From contig OZ025690.1 of the NCBI GenBank assembly GCA_964019335.1, forward strand, positions 186,001 through 250,000: a DNA stretch of 64,000 nucleotides, given 5' to 3'. This DNA comes from Diplonema japonicum (Eukaryota > Protista > Euglenozoa: Diplonemea). This document shows, piece after piece, positions 1 through 11,931 of this stretch (position 1 is the stretch's first letter; every line of letters starts with the position of its first letter). The translations under genes were made by a program, and so were the position numbers. The notes beneath the pieces are model-generated. The model was not told the origin of the DNA, made no database searches, and was given only the letters and a program-made list of their open reading frames with translations.

Positions 1-2257
1 CGAGGTTGTTCACTGCGATGTTCTTCGTCGACTCGTCACTCTTGAACTCCTTCCGAAGCCCCATCACCCGCACACGCTCCCGCTGCGACAGGTCCTCCCG
101 TGTCGCAGGGTCCATATCGGTGTCCACGTACATCGGGATCCGGCTGGGAGGCCCGATCGCTCTTCTGCTCTTTTCGGCGTCCTTGCGGCGCTTGTTGGTA
201 CTCCAATAAGAAGGAAACAGGAAGAAGAAGGGGTGCCTCTTCACACCAAACTCGGAGGGAAGAACGAGGTCCAAGTACCAAGCAAGCGCAAGGTAGAGGA
301 TAGTGTCAATGAGCATCATAAACATGGAGAGGGCGTAGGAGTACTCGTCAGAGGTGAGATCGGAGAAGCCGGATCCGATCTCAGACTGTTCGTAGTTGGT
401 GATGAGCTCGGTGCTGTATGAGAAGGCGACGGGGCTGAGAAGTGATGTCAAAACCTCGACGTGCAAGGGCTCGTTGGCAGGGAGGGCAAACTTCGGGACC
501 ACCGTGATGAACATGAGAAGCGGGGCGGCGATGGCAGCGATCCTCGACTTCGAGAAGAAAACGCTAATCAGCAAGCTAAGCGCCACCACCGACATCGCAA
601 ACAGTTCGAATACAACAAAAATAAGAAGCCACGATGTGTGGTTCAAGAAGGTCAGCCCGGAGATCACCGTGATTATACTACACGACACTGTCACAAGGAT
701 CCAGTAGGTGCAGTACCAAGAGGTGTAGAACGACATCTTCGATAAACCCATGATGAGCATTCCCTCACGGAGACGGTGCTCCTTCTCCTCCACGATCCCG
801 CCAACCAAACAGGACACAGGGTACAAGAACGAAAGCGACAACACCAACGGGATCATACTACCAGCGTGCTGAAAAAACTCAGAAGCATGGTAAGACCATG
901 TAGGCATCGGCACACTGAAAATAGAAGCACCACCACGAGTTGAGTCAGCTTCGATACCGGACAGCATTGTGAAATATTCGTCCAGATACGTCTGGAGGGT
1001 TATAAAGCCAGATGTCATATACTGGGTGTAACGGTGCTTCCCAAGGCCCTGCGAGAACTTGTCGACCTTTTTAAAGGTGTATGGAGTGGCGGTGTAGTTC
1101 ATCCTGATGGTGTAGTCGTAGATGTGGTTCTTTGTATCGACCTCGTGAAGAACGATGAGTGCCCATGTGTGGTCTGCTCCGTCGCCTTTGATGTAGTCGA
1201 CGGCTTCGCCTTCGGTCTTCCACATGAAGGGACACGACGGGTTGTTGCGTCTGTCTGCGATGGTGTGGTTGAAGGCCGAGTCGAACAGCAGCGAACGGGC
1301 TCTTAAGTGGTCCATGAAGCCTTCAACGTGTGAGCAGTTCTTCGCCGTGAACTCCAACGCCCCCTGGTGGATGAGCGAATGCTCGTAGCTGTCGGTGTTG
1401 TACTTCAGTTTCCCGTTAATGATCCGAGCCAGTTTCTGCGCGTACACCATCGAGTCAAAATCGGGGACCGAAATGGGTTGGTTTGTCCCGTCCAAGTTAA
1501 ACCCAGGCGGGATGGTAGGAAACGGACCCGGAGGCAGTGTAAATGGACCTGGAGGAAGGCTCAACGGACCTGGTGGTAATGTAATCCCAGGAGGCAACGT
1601 AAGCCCAGGAGGCAATGTAAGACGAGGAGGCAATGTAAGCCCAGGAGGCAACGTAATCCCAGGAGGCAATGTAAGACCTGCCGGTTTATCATCGCCAGCT
1701 TCCTGCACATTCCCATCCCTACCAGGCGGCGGCGACGGTGGCGGGTGATGATGATGATGATGGGGCACCGGTACTATTGAGCACAGTGTAGGGTATTCAC
1801 CCCAGTCCTCAGACGCTCCTGGCGGCGGTGTTATCAAGGACACGTTGTTTTCATAAGGGCAGCCTGCCGTGCAGTTTGGGTATCCGAATGATTCGTTCAC
1901 AGGGACGCCGACAGTGCAGATGTCTGAACGGGCAGCTTCTGTTGAGTTTATACCTGGGTTCTTCATGTAGTCGACAGCGGGGTGGAAGTCGTTGTCAGCC
2001 GCGTAGTAGCCCACAATGAGAATGAACATGAAAAAAGGTGGTTTGATGACCTCGCAGACACATCCTTTGGGCTTCCTTGTCTTCAGTCTCAGATTTTTCG
2101 CAACTGCGAGTTTGAAATGGAGCAGGCTCCTGTGCTTGACGTCGTACCCGTTCAGATCTATATCGTGGGCAGGGGGCGCCGGCGAGACATCAGGGAGCTC
2201 CACACTCTGGCAGTCCGTGCTTTGGATGTTCGTAAGCCTGTCATATTCGTTTGACAT
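1..2257 (-). CDS. ABCA: ABC transporter subfamily A, N-terminal half (runs off the left edge just before the first NBD)
   Basis: Manual translation from ATG 2257 gives the ABCA N-terminal signature LLHFKLAVAKNLRLKTRKPKGCVCEVIKPPFFMFILIVG, a large ectodomain and multiple TM helices. The in-frame end reads YLDLVLPSEFGVKRHPFFFL...VRVMGLRKEF...IAVNNL. It is absent from the ORF track because there is no stop in the window. Not every internal codon was checked. Confidence 0.88.
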   Translation of the reverse strand, partial: MSNEYDRLTNIQSTDCQSVELPDVSPAPPAHDIDLNGYDVKHRSLLHFKLAVAKNLRLKTRKPKGCVCEVIKPPFFMFILIVGYYAADNDFHPAVDYMKNPGINSTEAARSDICTVGVPVNESFGYPNCTAGCPYENNVSLITPPPGASEDWGEYPTLCSIVPVPHHHHHHPPPSPPPGRDGNVQEAGDDKPAGLTLPPGITLPPGLTLPPRLTLPPGLTLPPGITLPPGPLSLPPGPFTLPPGPFPTIPPGFNLDGTNQPISVPDFDSMVYAQKLARIINGKLKYNTDSYEHSLIHQGALEFTAKNCSHVEGFMDHLRARSLLFDSAFNHTIADRRNNPSCPFMWKTEGEAVDYIKGDGADHTWALIVLHEVDTKNHIYDYTIRMNYTATPYTFKKVDKFSQGLGKHRYTQYMTSGFITLQTYLDEYFTMLSGIEADSTRGGASIFSVPMPTWSYHASEFFQHAGSMIPLVLSLSFLYPVSCLVGGIVEEKEHRLREGMLIMGLSKMSFYTSWYCTYWILVTVSCSIITVISGLTFLNHTSWLLIFVVFELFAMSVVALSLLISVFFSKSRIAAIAAPLLMFITVVPKFALPANEPLHVEVLTSLLSPVAFSYSTELITNYEQSEIGSGFSDLTSDEYSYALSMFMMLIDTILYLALAWYLDLVLPSEFGVKRHPFFFLFPSYWSTNKRRKDAEKSRRAIGPPSRIPMYVDTDMDPATREDLSQRERVRVMGLRKEFKSDESTKNIAVNNL
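1500..1680 (-). repeat. Coding 18-bp tandem repeat (TLPPG[L/I])n in the ABCA ectodomain
   Basis: Plus-strand units resemble CCAGGAGGCAAYGTAA(G/T)C and encode GLTLPPGITLPPGLTLPPRLTLPPGLTLPPGITLPPGPLSLPPGPFTLPPG. Confidence 0.85.
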
Positions 2258-2987
2258 CTCCCCTCGGGGCTTCCTCCTGCTGTTGGTTTTAAAAAACGGC
2301 GTTGTGTACCTTTTTATCTTTTTCTTTTGTGTTTTCTTCTCTCCCCTCCACCTTTTTATTTTTTTTTGTAGGGATATTATCATATAAAAAAGTGAAAAAA
2401 AAAAAAGAAGGAAACAATATTGTAAGTATCAGTTCTGTTATGTTTTTCTTAAATTTTCATGTTATCCCCACCACCTGGAAAAAAAAAGTCTAACTTTGTT
2501 AAGTGGTGGTGGTAAAGGGTAAGAACCGAGAAGGAAATCAGATTGTTAACAGAAATAAATAAAGAAGAAGGTTTGCGAAGGAAAGGACAATAAAAAAAAG
2601 TCGGATAAAATTCTTCCTCGAGGAAAGGGCCTCATTCTTCTTCACATCAAGGTGCCACAACAGCACACACCTAGACCCGGCCAAAGGTCTTGCTGTCACT
2701 TAAAGGAAAAAAGAAAACACAAGTCGGGTACAATTCTTCTTCAAAGAAAGAGCTTCATTCTTCTTCACGTCAAGGTGCCACAAGGTGACGGCCCCTTTAA
2801 GGGAGTAGAAGAGAAATGTGAGTGACTCCCACCAGTCTTTTGTGTCGGTCGGCAAACAAAAATAAAGACCACCTCGTGCATCAGGTTAGAAAAGAACGGG
2901 GTCTTGGGGAAATGGGAGGAGGGGTAAAGGGAAACGAAGAAAGAACCAATATAAAAGACATAAAGGTCTCGATTTAAAGAAGAACGT

Positions 2988-5432
2988 TCACTGTCCTTCC
3001 CCCTTCAGAGCATCCAAGTATGAGACAGAAGGGTTTGCCTCCCTCCCCTCAAAGGGTAAACAGGGCTCCTTCCGTAACTCCTCAATTCTCATGTACAACC
3101 CATTGCTGTGGCGGTGTTTCGCCTTGCGTTTCCTGAAGTGGCCTTCCGGTCTTGTGTCCACCTTTCCACCACAACGGGGCGTCTTGAAGTGCAGCAAGGG
3201 TATGTCCTCGTCAGACGAGGATGCCTTGTACACACCTTTCACTGCCACAACTGCACTAGGACACCTGTCCGAAGAAACAAGATGAGAACAAACCTCGCCG
3301 CTATCGTCCTTCGCATCAGGGTCCGCTCCGTGAGACATGAGGAGGGACACCATTTCCCTTTCACGACGGAGATCGGAAGTAAAGTTCTGTCGCTGCCCGT
3401 TCTTCATGACAGTCACAGAGCATGAACCCCCAATACCACATCGATTCCCGAGCCGCTTCGCCACTGTGTCTGAAACAGTGTGGAGGGGGGTCCTGCCTGC
3501 ATTGTCCCTTGTGTTCACGTTGGGGCGGCGAACAACAAGTAAGGACTCCAAGATGAGAGAGCTGCATTCAATGTAAAGAGGCATTCTGCCCCCCATGTCC
3601 AAGAGTAAAACAACAAGATCTACTAAACCAGCACCGACAAAAATATGGAGAGGAGTCTGTCCCTTGTTGTTCCTCACGTTCACATCAGCACCGCTACACA
3701 GAATGAGGGAAGCAACGAAGGGGTTCACGACAAGATGAAGTGCCGTGTTGCCTTCGTTGTCTCGTGCGTTCACATCGGAGGGAGCCGCAAGCATGTTTTC
3801 AACAATGTCAAAACTGCTATCAAGAACAGCAAGATGGATGGGAGTCCGTCCCTTGTTGTTCTTCAGCCTCACATCAGCACCATGACGGAGAAGGAGGGCG
3901 GTTTTGTCCTCTCTTAAAGCAACAGGTAACGCAGAGACAAGATGAAGTGCCGTGTTGCCTTCATTGTCTTGTGCGTTCACATCGGGAGAAGCCGCGAGAA
4001 AATCATCAAGATCACGAGAAAAAAGAACAAAAAGATGGAGTGGGGTCTGTTTCTTCTTCTTGTTTTTCAGATTCAGGTTAGGATGGTGCCGCAACAAACA
4101 GGGTACGATCCCAGAGGAGTCATGAGCACTTGGAACAAGATGAAGCGCCGTGTTGCCCTCATTGTCTTGAACATCCACATCGGGAGAGGCCGCAAGCACG
4201 CTCCTAATAATGCTATCAACACCAGTAAGGACAGAAAGGTGGAGAAGGGTTTGATCATTCTTATTTTTCAGGTACACATCCGCACCGTGCCTCAACAAGA
4301 CTGCCATATGATGATGAAAGGACGGTTTGCAGTTCAGATGATTGGTCACTGCTACATGGCATGCTGTGTTGCCACTCGTATTTCGTGCATTCACATCACA
4401 AGAGGCTTCGAGCAAGAGTTCAGCGATTCTTGTATTTCTAGTAAAGTGGAGAGGTGTTTCGTTTTCACAAGTCTTTGCATTCACATCCGCACCCAATGCA
4501 AGCAAAGACGAGACAATATCGATGTGGCCAAGCTGCGAGGCATGATGAAGGGGTGTCCACATAATTCCGTTCACACAGTTGACAGCTGCACCATGTTGCA
4601 GGAGGAGGGATGCTGCTTCGGCACTCGTGACATGATGAAGGGGACTAGCTCCGTTTTTGCCACACAGGTTCGGATCAGCAGACTTCTCGAGAAGCAAGGC
4701 GATGATACTAATGTAGTCCCGTCGCGTTGCTATTATGAGAGGAGTATCGCCACGAAAATCCTTCAGGTTCACCCCTGCACCAGCCTCGAGTAACATCGAG
4801 ATGATTTCGGTGTTGCCCAACTCCACAGCTCTACCGAATGGAGAGCCGTAACTGTCAGCTATGCTAACACCATTCGACAGTAGGAACTGAATCATTGCAA
4901 CCTGCTGACCGGACACTGCTTGGTAGAGCGGAACACGCTTGTCTACACCAGCAGCCAGAAGGAAATCAACACACTGGATGAAGCCCCGACGGGACATTTT
5001 GCTAACCAGGTCCAGTTTCTGACAAGCATCATTGCACCCTGCCTCCATCATCGTGGCCAGCACTTCACATAGTTTCCTGTCCAAGTCCTGCCGGCCCTCA
5101 ACAGAGAGGTCTGCGTCTTCTTCAGATTTGTGATCAGCGAGGGACATTACACCCTTGCCTGCCCAACCCAACTCCTTCAGACGATGAAGTGCCGCCTCTT
5201 CCTTGCTCAAGACCAGCTGCAGCTCACTCTGATCCCCAAAGGGAAGCTCCCCAACGAGCCTGCCGTCACTGTCACCGAACACCTCCCCTTCAAAGGAGAG
5301 GTCGAAGGTGTTGACGCACATCCCGGACTGCGACGCCACCCTTTCCTTCAAGCCCGCCAAGCTCTCCATCGGGCCTACCTCCACTTCCATCCACTCACCT
5401 CCAGGGTGTTGCACCAACAGCTCAACTGACAT
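2988..5432 (-). CDS. Ubiquitin-like domain + ankyrin-repeat protein, copy 1 (intact, 814 aa)
   Basis: The true start is taken as MSVELLVQHPGG, downstream of an A-tract. It has an N-terminal beta-grasp-like segment (LAGLKERVA...FDLSFEG), many G.TPLH/G.TALH ankyrin repeats, and no introns. Confidence 0.88.
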   Translation of the reverse strand: MSVELLVQHPGGEWMEVEVGPMESLAGLKERVASQSGMCVNTFDLSFEGEVFGDSDGRLVGELPFGDQSELQLVLSKEEAALHRLKELGWAGKGVMSLADHKSEEDADLSVEGRQDLDRKLCEVLATMMEAGCNDACQKLDLVSKMSRRGFIQCVDFLLAAGVDKRVPLYQAVSGQQVAMIQFLLSNGVSIADSYGSPFGRAVELGNTEIISMLLEAGAGVNLKDFRGDTPLIIATRRDYISIIALLLEKSADPNLCGKNGASPLHHVTSAEAASLLLQHGAAVNCVNGIMWTPLHHASQLGHIDIVSSLLALGADVNAKTCENETPLHFTRNTRIAELLLEASCDVNARNTSGNTACHVAVTNHLNCKPSFHHHMAVLLRHGADVYLKNKNDQTLLHLSVLTGVDSIIRSVLAASPDVDVQDNEGNTALHLVPSAHDSSGIVPCLLRHHPNLNLKNKKKKQTPLHLFVLFSRDLDDFLAASPDVNAQDNEGNTALHLVSALPVALREDKTALLLRHGADVRLKNNKGRTPIHLAVLDSSFDIVENMLAAPSDVNARDNEGNTALHLVVNPFVASLILCSGADVNVRNNKGQTPLHIFVGAGLVDLVVLLLDMGGRMPLYIECSSLILESLLVVRRPNVNTRDNAGRTPLHTVSDTVAKRLGNRCGIGGSCSVTVMKNGQRQNFTSDLRREREMVSLLMSHGADPDAKDDSGEVCSHLVSSDRCPSAVVAVKGVYKASSSDEDIPLLHFKTPRCGGKVDTRPEGHFRKRKAKHRHSNGLYMRIEELRKEPCLPFEGREANPSVSYLDALKGEGQ

Positions 5433-5436
5433 CCTA

Positions 5437-5473
<37 letters not shown>

Positions 5474-6222
5474 TTTCTAACCAAAGGTTTGTATTGTGAA
5501 AAACATGAAACAAAAGATGGAGAAGCAAACATGAACGTTCTTTCATTGTGCGGGAGGAAGAAAAAGAGGTAGGGGAAAGGAAAGAAAAAACTGGAAAAAA
5601 AGTCAAACTTTGTTAAATGGTGGTGGTAAAGGGTAAGAACCGAGAAGGAAATCAGATTGTTAACAGAAATAAATAAAAAAGAAGGTTTGCGAGAGGAAGG
5701 AAAGGACAATAAAAGAAAAAGTCGGATAAAATTCTTCTTCGAGGAAAGGGCTTCATTCTTCTTCACATCAAGGTAGGTACCACAACAGCACCGTCACCGT
5801 GATGCTGTGCCTGGGTGAGTCGCTCGCCGCATGTTTTACCTTATTCTTGTCTCCCCGCCGAGCACCGTCACCCTGACACAGACTTCCCTGAAATGACTCG
5901 CTTAAGGGAGGTGTCGTTACGCACCTAGACCCGGCCAAAGGTCTTGCTTGTCACTTAAAGGAAAAAAGAAAACACAAGTCGGGTACAATTCTTCTTCAAA
6001 GAAAGAGCTTCATTCTTCTTCACGTCAAGGTGCCACAAGGTGACTGAAATGTGCCACAAGGTGACGGCCCCTTTAAGGGAGTAGAAGAAATGTGAGCGAA
6101 ATAAAGACCACTTTGTGCATCAGGTTAGAAAAGAACGGGGTCTTGGGGGAAAGGGAGGGGTAAAGGGAAACGAGGAAAGAATCAATATAAAAGACACAAA
6201 GAACAGAAGCACAGAAGAAAGG

Positions 6223-8184
6223 TCATTGTCCCACCCCCTTCAGAGCATCCAAGTATGAGACAGAAGGGTTTGCCTCCCTCCCCTCAAAGGGTAAACAGGG
6301 CTCCTTCCGTAACTCCTCAATTCTCATGTACAACCCATTGCTGTGGCGGTGTTTCGCCTTGCGTTTCCTGAAGTGGCCTTCCGGTCTTGTGTCCACCTTT
6401 CCACCACAACGGGACGTCTTGAAGTGCAGCAAGGGTATGTCCTCGTCAGACGAGGATGCCTTGTACACACCTTTCACTGCCACAACTGCACTAGGACACC
6501 TGTCCGAAGAAACAAGATGAGAACAAATCTCGCCGCTATCGTCCTTCGCATCAGGGTCCGCTCCGTGAGACATGAGGAGGGACACCATTTCCCTTTCACA
6601 ATGGAGATCGGAAGTAAAGTTCTGTCGCTGCCCGTTCTTCATGACAGTCACAGAGCATGAACCCCCAATACCACGTCGATTCCCGAGCCGCTTCGCCACT
6701 GTGTCTGAAACAGTGTGGAGGGGGGTCTTGCCTGTGTTGTCCCTTGCGTTCACGTTGGCATCGGGAGAGGCTTCTTCCAAGAGACAAACAACAAGATCTA
6801 TTAAACCAGCACTGACAAAAATATGGAGAGGAGTCTGTCCCTTGTTGTTCTTCACGTTCACATCAGCACCACTACACAGAATGAGGGAAGCAACGAAGGG
6901 GTCCTCGATAAGATGAAGTGCCGTGTTGCCTTCATTGTCTTGTGCGTTCACATCGGGAGAGGCAGCGAGAAAATTTTGCATGACATGATGCATGACAGGA
7001 TCAGGCAAACAATATCTACGAGATAAAAGAACAATAAGATGGAGTGGGGTCTGTTTCTTCTTGTTTATCAGATTCAGGTTAGGATGGTGCCGCAAAAAAC
7101 AGGGTACGGTCTCAAGGGAGTGAAAACCTCTTGGAATAAGATGAAGCGCCGTGTTGCCCTCATTGTCTTGAACATCCACATCGGGAGAGGCCGCAAGTAC
7201 GTCCCGAATATGCCAGCAACACCAGTAAGGACAGAAAGGTGGAGAAGGGTTTGATCATTCTTATTTTTCAGGTTCACATCCGCACCGTGCCGCAACAAGA
7301 CTGCCATATGATGACGAAAGGATGGTTCGCAGTATCGATTCTCTATCAAGGTTGCTGCATGGCATGCTGTGTTGCCATTCTCATCTTGTGCATTCACATC
7401 ACAAGAGGCTTCGAGCAAGAGTTCAGCGATTCTTGTATTTTTAGCAAGGTGAAGAGGTGTTTCGCTTCCACAGGTCTTTGCATTCACATCCGCACCCCAT
7501 GCGAGCAAAGACGAGACAACATCGATGTGGCCTTGCTGCGAGGCATTGTGAAGGGGTGTAGTATCGCTGCTGTTCACACAGTTGACAGCTGCACCATGTT
7601 GCAGGAGGAGGGATGCTGCTTCGGCACTCGTGACATAATGAAGGGGACTGTCTTCGTTATAGCCACACAGGTTCGGATCAGCAGACTTCTCGAGAAGCAA
7701 GGCGATGATACTAATGTAGTCCTGTTGCGTTGCTCTTTATGAGAGGAGTATCGCCATAAGAATACTTCAGGTTCACCCCTGCACCAGCCTCGAGTAACAT
7801 CGAGATGATTTCGGTGTTGCCCAACTCCACAGCTGCACCGAATGGAGAGCCGTAACTGTCAGCTATGCTAACACCATTCGACAGTAGGAACTGAAGCATG
7901 CAGACCTTGCCTGCCCAACCCAACTCCTTCAGACGATGAAGTGCCACCTCTTTCTTGTTCAAGACCAGCTGCAGCTCACTCCGATCCCCAAAGGGAAGCT
8001 CCCCAACGAGCCTGCCGTCACTGTCACCGAACACCTCCCCTTCAAAGGAGAGGTCGAAGGTGTTGACGCACATCCCGGACTGCGACGCCACCCTTTCCTT
8101 CAAGCCCGCCAAGCTCTCCATCGGGCCTACCTCCACTTCCATCCACTCACCTCCAGGGTGTTGCACCAACAGCTCAACTGACAT
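6223..8184 (-). pseudogene. UBL-ankyrin copy 2 (two frameshifts, internal deletions)
   Basis: Split over ORFs 7711-8271, 7074-7700 and 6223-7179. Near-identical to copy 1 in the UBL and C-terminus; the linker after WAGK is deleted. Confidence 0.8.
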
Positions 8185-8343
8185 CCTATCTTTTTTTTTT
8201 TTTTTTTTTGGCTCTAACCAAAGGTTTGTGTTGTGAAAAACATGAAACAAAAGATGGAGAGAAGCAAACATGAACGTTCTTTCATTGTGCGGGAGGAAGA
8301 AAAAGAGATAGGGGAAAGGAAAGAAAAAAAAATTAGAAAAAAA

Positions 8344-9066
8344 CTCAAAGTACAGGACAAGCCCCCCGCTAGAGGGCCGCCCTATGGGAGGGGGGGGGGG
8401 GGGTCTATCTGTTAATACTCCCCTTCTGGAGCATTGCTTTCATCCCGATTGTGGCTGTGAGCGTCTTGCGGAGTCGTGTGATGCGATCCCGCTTGTAGGC
8501 GGCCTTCAAATCCATCAGCTTGTCGTGCGTGGACTGGGTAGCAAAAATGGGCCTCCTGGAGAAGCCTATAGCTGCCTTTCCTCCTATGGCGATGAGGGAC
8601 TTCACCCTTTTCTGCTCATCCGCTGGGAAGGGGCGTCGCTTCTTCCGTGCCCTGCACGCTGCGTTTATCTTTACGATTAGGGCCTTGATTCTGCGTGCCC
8701 TATCTTCCAGCAGGCCTCCTAATGATTTACCGGTCGTCCATTCGAAGTCAATGGCTAGCTCCACCGCCGACACCTCCGAGGTGGTGTCCTTCTCCACCCA
8801 GCATGAGCTCCACGTCCCGCTTCTCAACCACCACGGCCAAGTATCGTTGCAGTTTTTCCAGGTATGCAAAGGCATGTCCTCTCGGCAGTATTGCGTGTAG
8901 CTCAAGACACAGGGGCCATCCCGTCCTGTTGCGCAGCGGTTCCAAACCGTCCTGTGCCAGCTCGTCCCGTGCGCAGGCACACTCGTAGAGCTGATGGCGG
9001 AGTAAGGTTACCGTGTCCGGGTGTGGTGACTCACACAGGTCACACCTGAACCCTTGTGTGCGTGGT
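8344..9066 (-). mobile_element. 5'-truncated non-LTR retrotransposon fragment, family B (C-terminal domain + 3' UTR)
   Basis: Encodes VSAVELAIDFEW...VKSLIAIGG...GFSRRPIF, homologous to the C-terminus of the long LINE at 25829-27079. It is inserted into an A-run; empty-site homologues occur near 2478 and 5595. Confidence 0.85.
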
Positions 9067-9624
9067 AAAAAATGTTTAACTTTGTTAAATGGTGGTGGTA
9101 ACAGTGCAGTCCGCAAACAAGTCTGACTCCTGCTCGGACACGTAAAGCAACTTCGCCGGTCTATCGAATAAGTTAGCACCCATCATAAGGCTGTGGCGTG
9201 CTTCGCTGGAAGTAATTTTCTGAGGGCGCACTATGTGTTCACTTAATGTTCTCGGGACCCTTGAAGACGCCTGTGCCAAGTGGTCGTTCCGCGCACTCTG
9301 TGGGCTTTTTTTTCTTTTTCTCCCCTTCTTCCTCCCTGTCCATTGCTTGGTTCCGCAACGCTTTCCGAAATTCATGAAATCCCACCTCTTGTTTTTCAGT
9401 ATTTTACCACCTCAGCTGCGCAAGTGAAGTCGTCGCCCTGCCATTATTATTTTTCCCCCTCCTTTTTACTTGTGAAATATTTTGTGTCAAGAAAAAAAAG
9501 TGACGGAATAATGTAAAAAAAAAAAGGAGCAGAAAATGGGGGGGGGGGGTTTTTCCTTTTCTTTTTTTTTTAAAAGGACGTGTTAACCCTTGGGGGTAAT
9601 GAAAGAAAAATATTTGTAAAAAAA

Positions 9625-9930
9625 AAAAAAGAGGAACTGGCCGTTGTTTGTACGTGCCGGGTAAAACCTGGAGAAGTTTGTCAACCCGAAACACGTTGCC
9701 AACGTTACCCTTTTGTTTAGACAAGTCAAAGACTCGTTCTTGCAAAAAAAAAAAAAAAAAAAAAAAAAGTCGTGGGGGAAATCCAAAAAATGCCCCCCCC
9801 TTTTTTTTTATGGTACCACCCCGTGTCTCGCCACCCCGTTTTTCTGGGATGAAGTTATGAAGTTTCAGTGGGTACAAATAGCGCTTTAACGCAGGTTTTC
9901 AAAATCTTTCCACTTTTTCTTCTTTTTTTT
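9625..9930. repeat. Dispersed ~300-bp repeat (partial copies at 10209-10415, 11199-11390 inverted, 35820-35925)
   Basis: Shared blocks GGAACTGGCC...GTTGTTTGTACGTGCCGGGTAAAACC, CCAACGTT.CCCTTTTGTTTAGACAA and GGTACCACCCCGTGTCTCGCCACCC...GCGCTTTAACGCAGGTTTTCAAAATC. Confidence 0.8.
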
Positions 9931-9933
9931 TTC

Positions 9934-11684
9934 GTGTCGGTCAACAGGACTTCCTGTTGGTCAGGTCGAAGGCGAGGACTTGCATTCGCACCATCTACGT
10001 CGATATGGGTAGCACTTCTAATGCAGTGGAGCTAGCCAACCCCTACAACCCGTGCATGGATGCTGTAGCCTGCATGTTGGCATCTGGTGATGTCGTTTTT
10101 TTGTCAACTGTCCAGACCACTCCGAAGCCTGATTTCTTTCTCCACCAGAGCAACTGCTACTTCGCTGGTACTGAATAGGGCGGGTGGCTTCGGCAAAAAA
10201 AACTATGAAAACGAGGGGGGGAAAAAAAGCCAACGTTCCCCTTTTGTTTAGACAAAAAAAAGTCGTGGGGGAAATCCAAAAAATGCCCCCCCCCTTTTTT
10301 TTGGTACCACCCCGTGTCTCGCCACCCTGTTCTGGGAGTTATGAAGTTTCAGTGGGTACAAATAGCGCTTTAACGCAGGTTTTCAAAATCTTTCCATTTT
10401 TTCTTTTCTTTTTTTTTTTTAAAATGAACACCGATCCGAAGCTTTGGTCTGGATGACTAGAGAACAATTACACCTATTAACTGCTTCTACAGAAGCAGTT
10501 GGGCGTTTAAGAGTTAAACGATCGATCCCCCCCCCTTTTTTTTTCTATCTATTCTTTTTTTTCCGCTCGTGCGCACAAACAAATGAAGCGCCAAACTAGT
10601 TTTTTTGTATTTCTCTTAACACGTTAGGGAAGGAGCCTGCTCCGTCTACGCGTCACATTTCTCCCCCCTTTTTTTTATTTCCCACTCGATGGGAAAGGGG
10701 TTTCTTTTTTTTTTTTTAACCTCTTTTTTTTTTTTTTTTTTTACTTTACCTACCAAAGACATATAGTCATAAAGAATTATTTTTTTTTTTTCTTTTGCTG
10801 GAACAAGTAAACAAATTTTTGAAAAGATTGTTATTGCAAAAAAAGAGTAGAGGCAGCTTGTCCATTTATCCCTACTGTAGGTGAATACGGCTTGCACAAA
10901 CAATCAGCTCTTTTTTTGAACCACTCACGGAATTAAAACAAAAAAAAGAATGCCCGCGACTAGGAAGGAGCCCTGCTCCTTCTGTCGGTGCATTCCCCCC
11001 TTTCTGATTCCCCCCCCCCTTTTTTTTCCCGATTAAAAAAGAAAAGGAAAGGGCCCCTTTCTTTTACGTTTTCGGAATGTGCCACTTTTATACCATTCCA
11101 AAAAAAAAAAAAAAAAAAAAAAGTGGTAGGATTCCACGAAAATCCCTTTTTACTTCTTATGTTTTCCTCTCAAGAAGAGAACAACGAAAGTAAAGGGGAA
11201 AAAAAAAGAAAAGAAAAAATGGAAAGATTTTGAAAACCTGCGTTAAAGCGCTATTTGTACCCACTGAAACTTCATAACTCCCAGAACAGGGTGGCGAGAC
11301 ACGGGGTGGTACCAAAAAAAAAGGGGGGGGGCATTTTTTGGATTTCCCCCACGACTTTTTTTTGTCTAAACAAAAGGGGAACGTTGGCTTTTTTCCCCCC
11401 CCTCGTTTTCATAGTTTTTTTTTGCCGAAGCCACCCGCCCTATTCAGTACCAGCGAAGTAGCAGTTGCTCTGGTGGAGAAAGAAATCAGGCTTCGGAGTG
11501 GTCTGGACAGTTGACAAAAAAACGACATCACCAGATGCCAACATGCAGGCTACAGCATCCATGCACGGGTTGTAGGGGTTGGCTAGCTCCACTGCATTAG
11601 AAGTGCTACCCATATCGACGTAGATGGTGCGAATGCAAGTCCTCGCCTTCGACCTGACCAACAGGAAGTCCTGTTGACCGACAC
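9934..11684. repeat. Long inverted duplication: arms 9934-10417 and 11199-11684, spacer ~780 bp
   Basis: The arm sequences are near-perfect reverse complements. ORF 9957-10178 (+) reproduces the C-terminal 73 aa of the minus-strand gene ending at 11440. Confidence 0.92.
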
Positions 11685-11931
11685 TGTGTGCACTGTGCTC
11701 CTCGAACAATTTTACAACACCATTTACATCGTCGTGCGTCAGAAGGGTTTCTGTTGACGGGCAGTGGATATGAATAATCGCCACTCGGGAAGGATCGCCA
11801 TTACCTCCTTCACAGAGATCCTGCCCCAGACACTGGAGACCTTGCGGCATAGTGGTACCCTTCTGAAGCTGTTCCTTCAGCAAGGCACCCTTCAGGAGCG
11901 GATCCTCCAGGCGTGGCATCTTGGACGGCAT
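11440..11931 (-). CDS. Hypothetical protein (163 aa)
   Basis: GC-balanced coding island starting MPSKMPRLEDP after an A-rich leader; no recognisable domain. Confidence 0.6.
   Translation of the reverse strand: MPSKMPRLEDPLLKGALLKEQLQKGTTMPQGLQCLGQDLCEGGNGDPSRVAIIHIHCPSTETLLTHDDVNGVVKLFEEHSAHSVGQQDFLLVRSKARTCIRTIYVDMGSTSNAVELANPYNPCMDAVACMLASGDVVFLSTVQTTPKPDFFLHQSNCYFAGTE

Noticed and set aside
3942-4793. Long plus-strand ORFs opposite the ankyrin, ACAD and RT genes
   Set aside because: These are antisense shadows of real minus-strand coding sequence.
9085-9443. Possible short gene (96-aa ORF)
   Set aside because: No domain, unclear start, and it abuts a duplication boundary; it may be a fragment.
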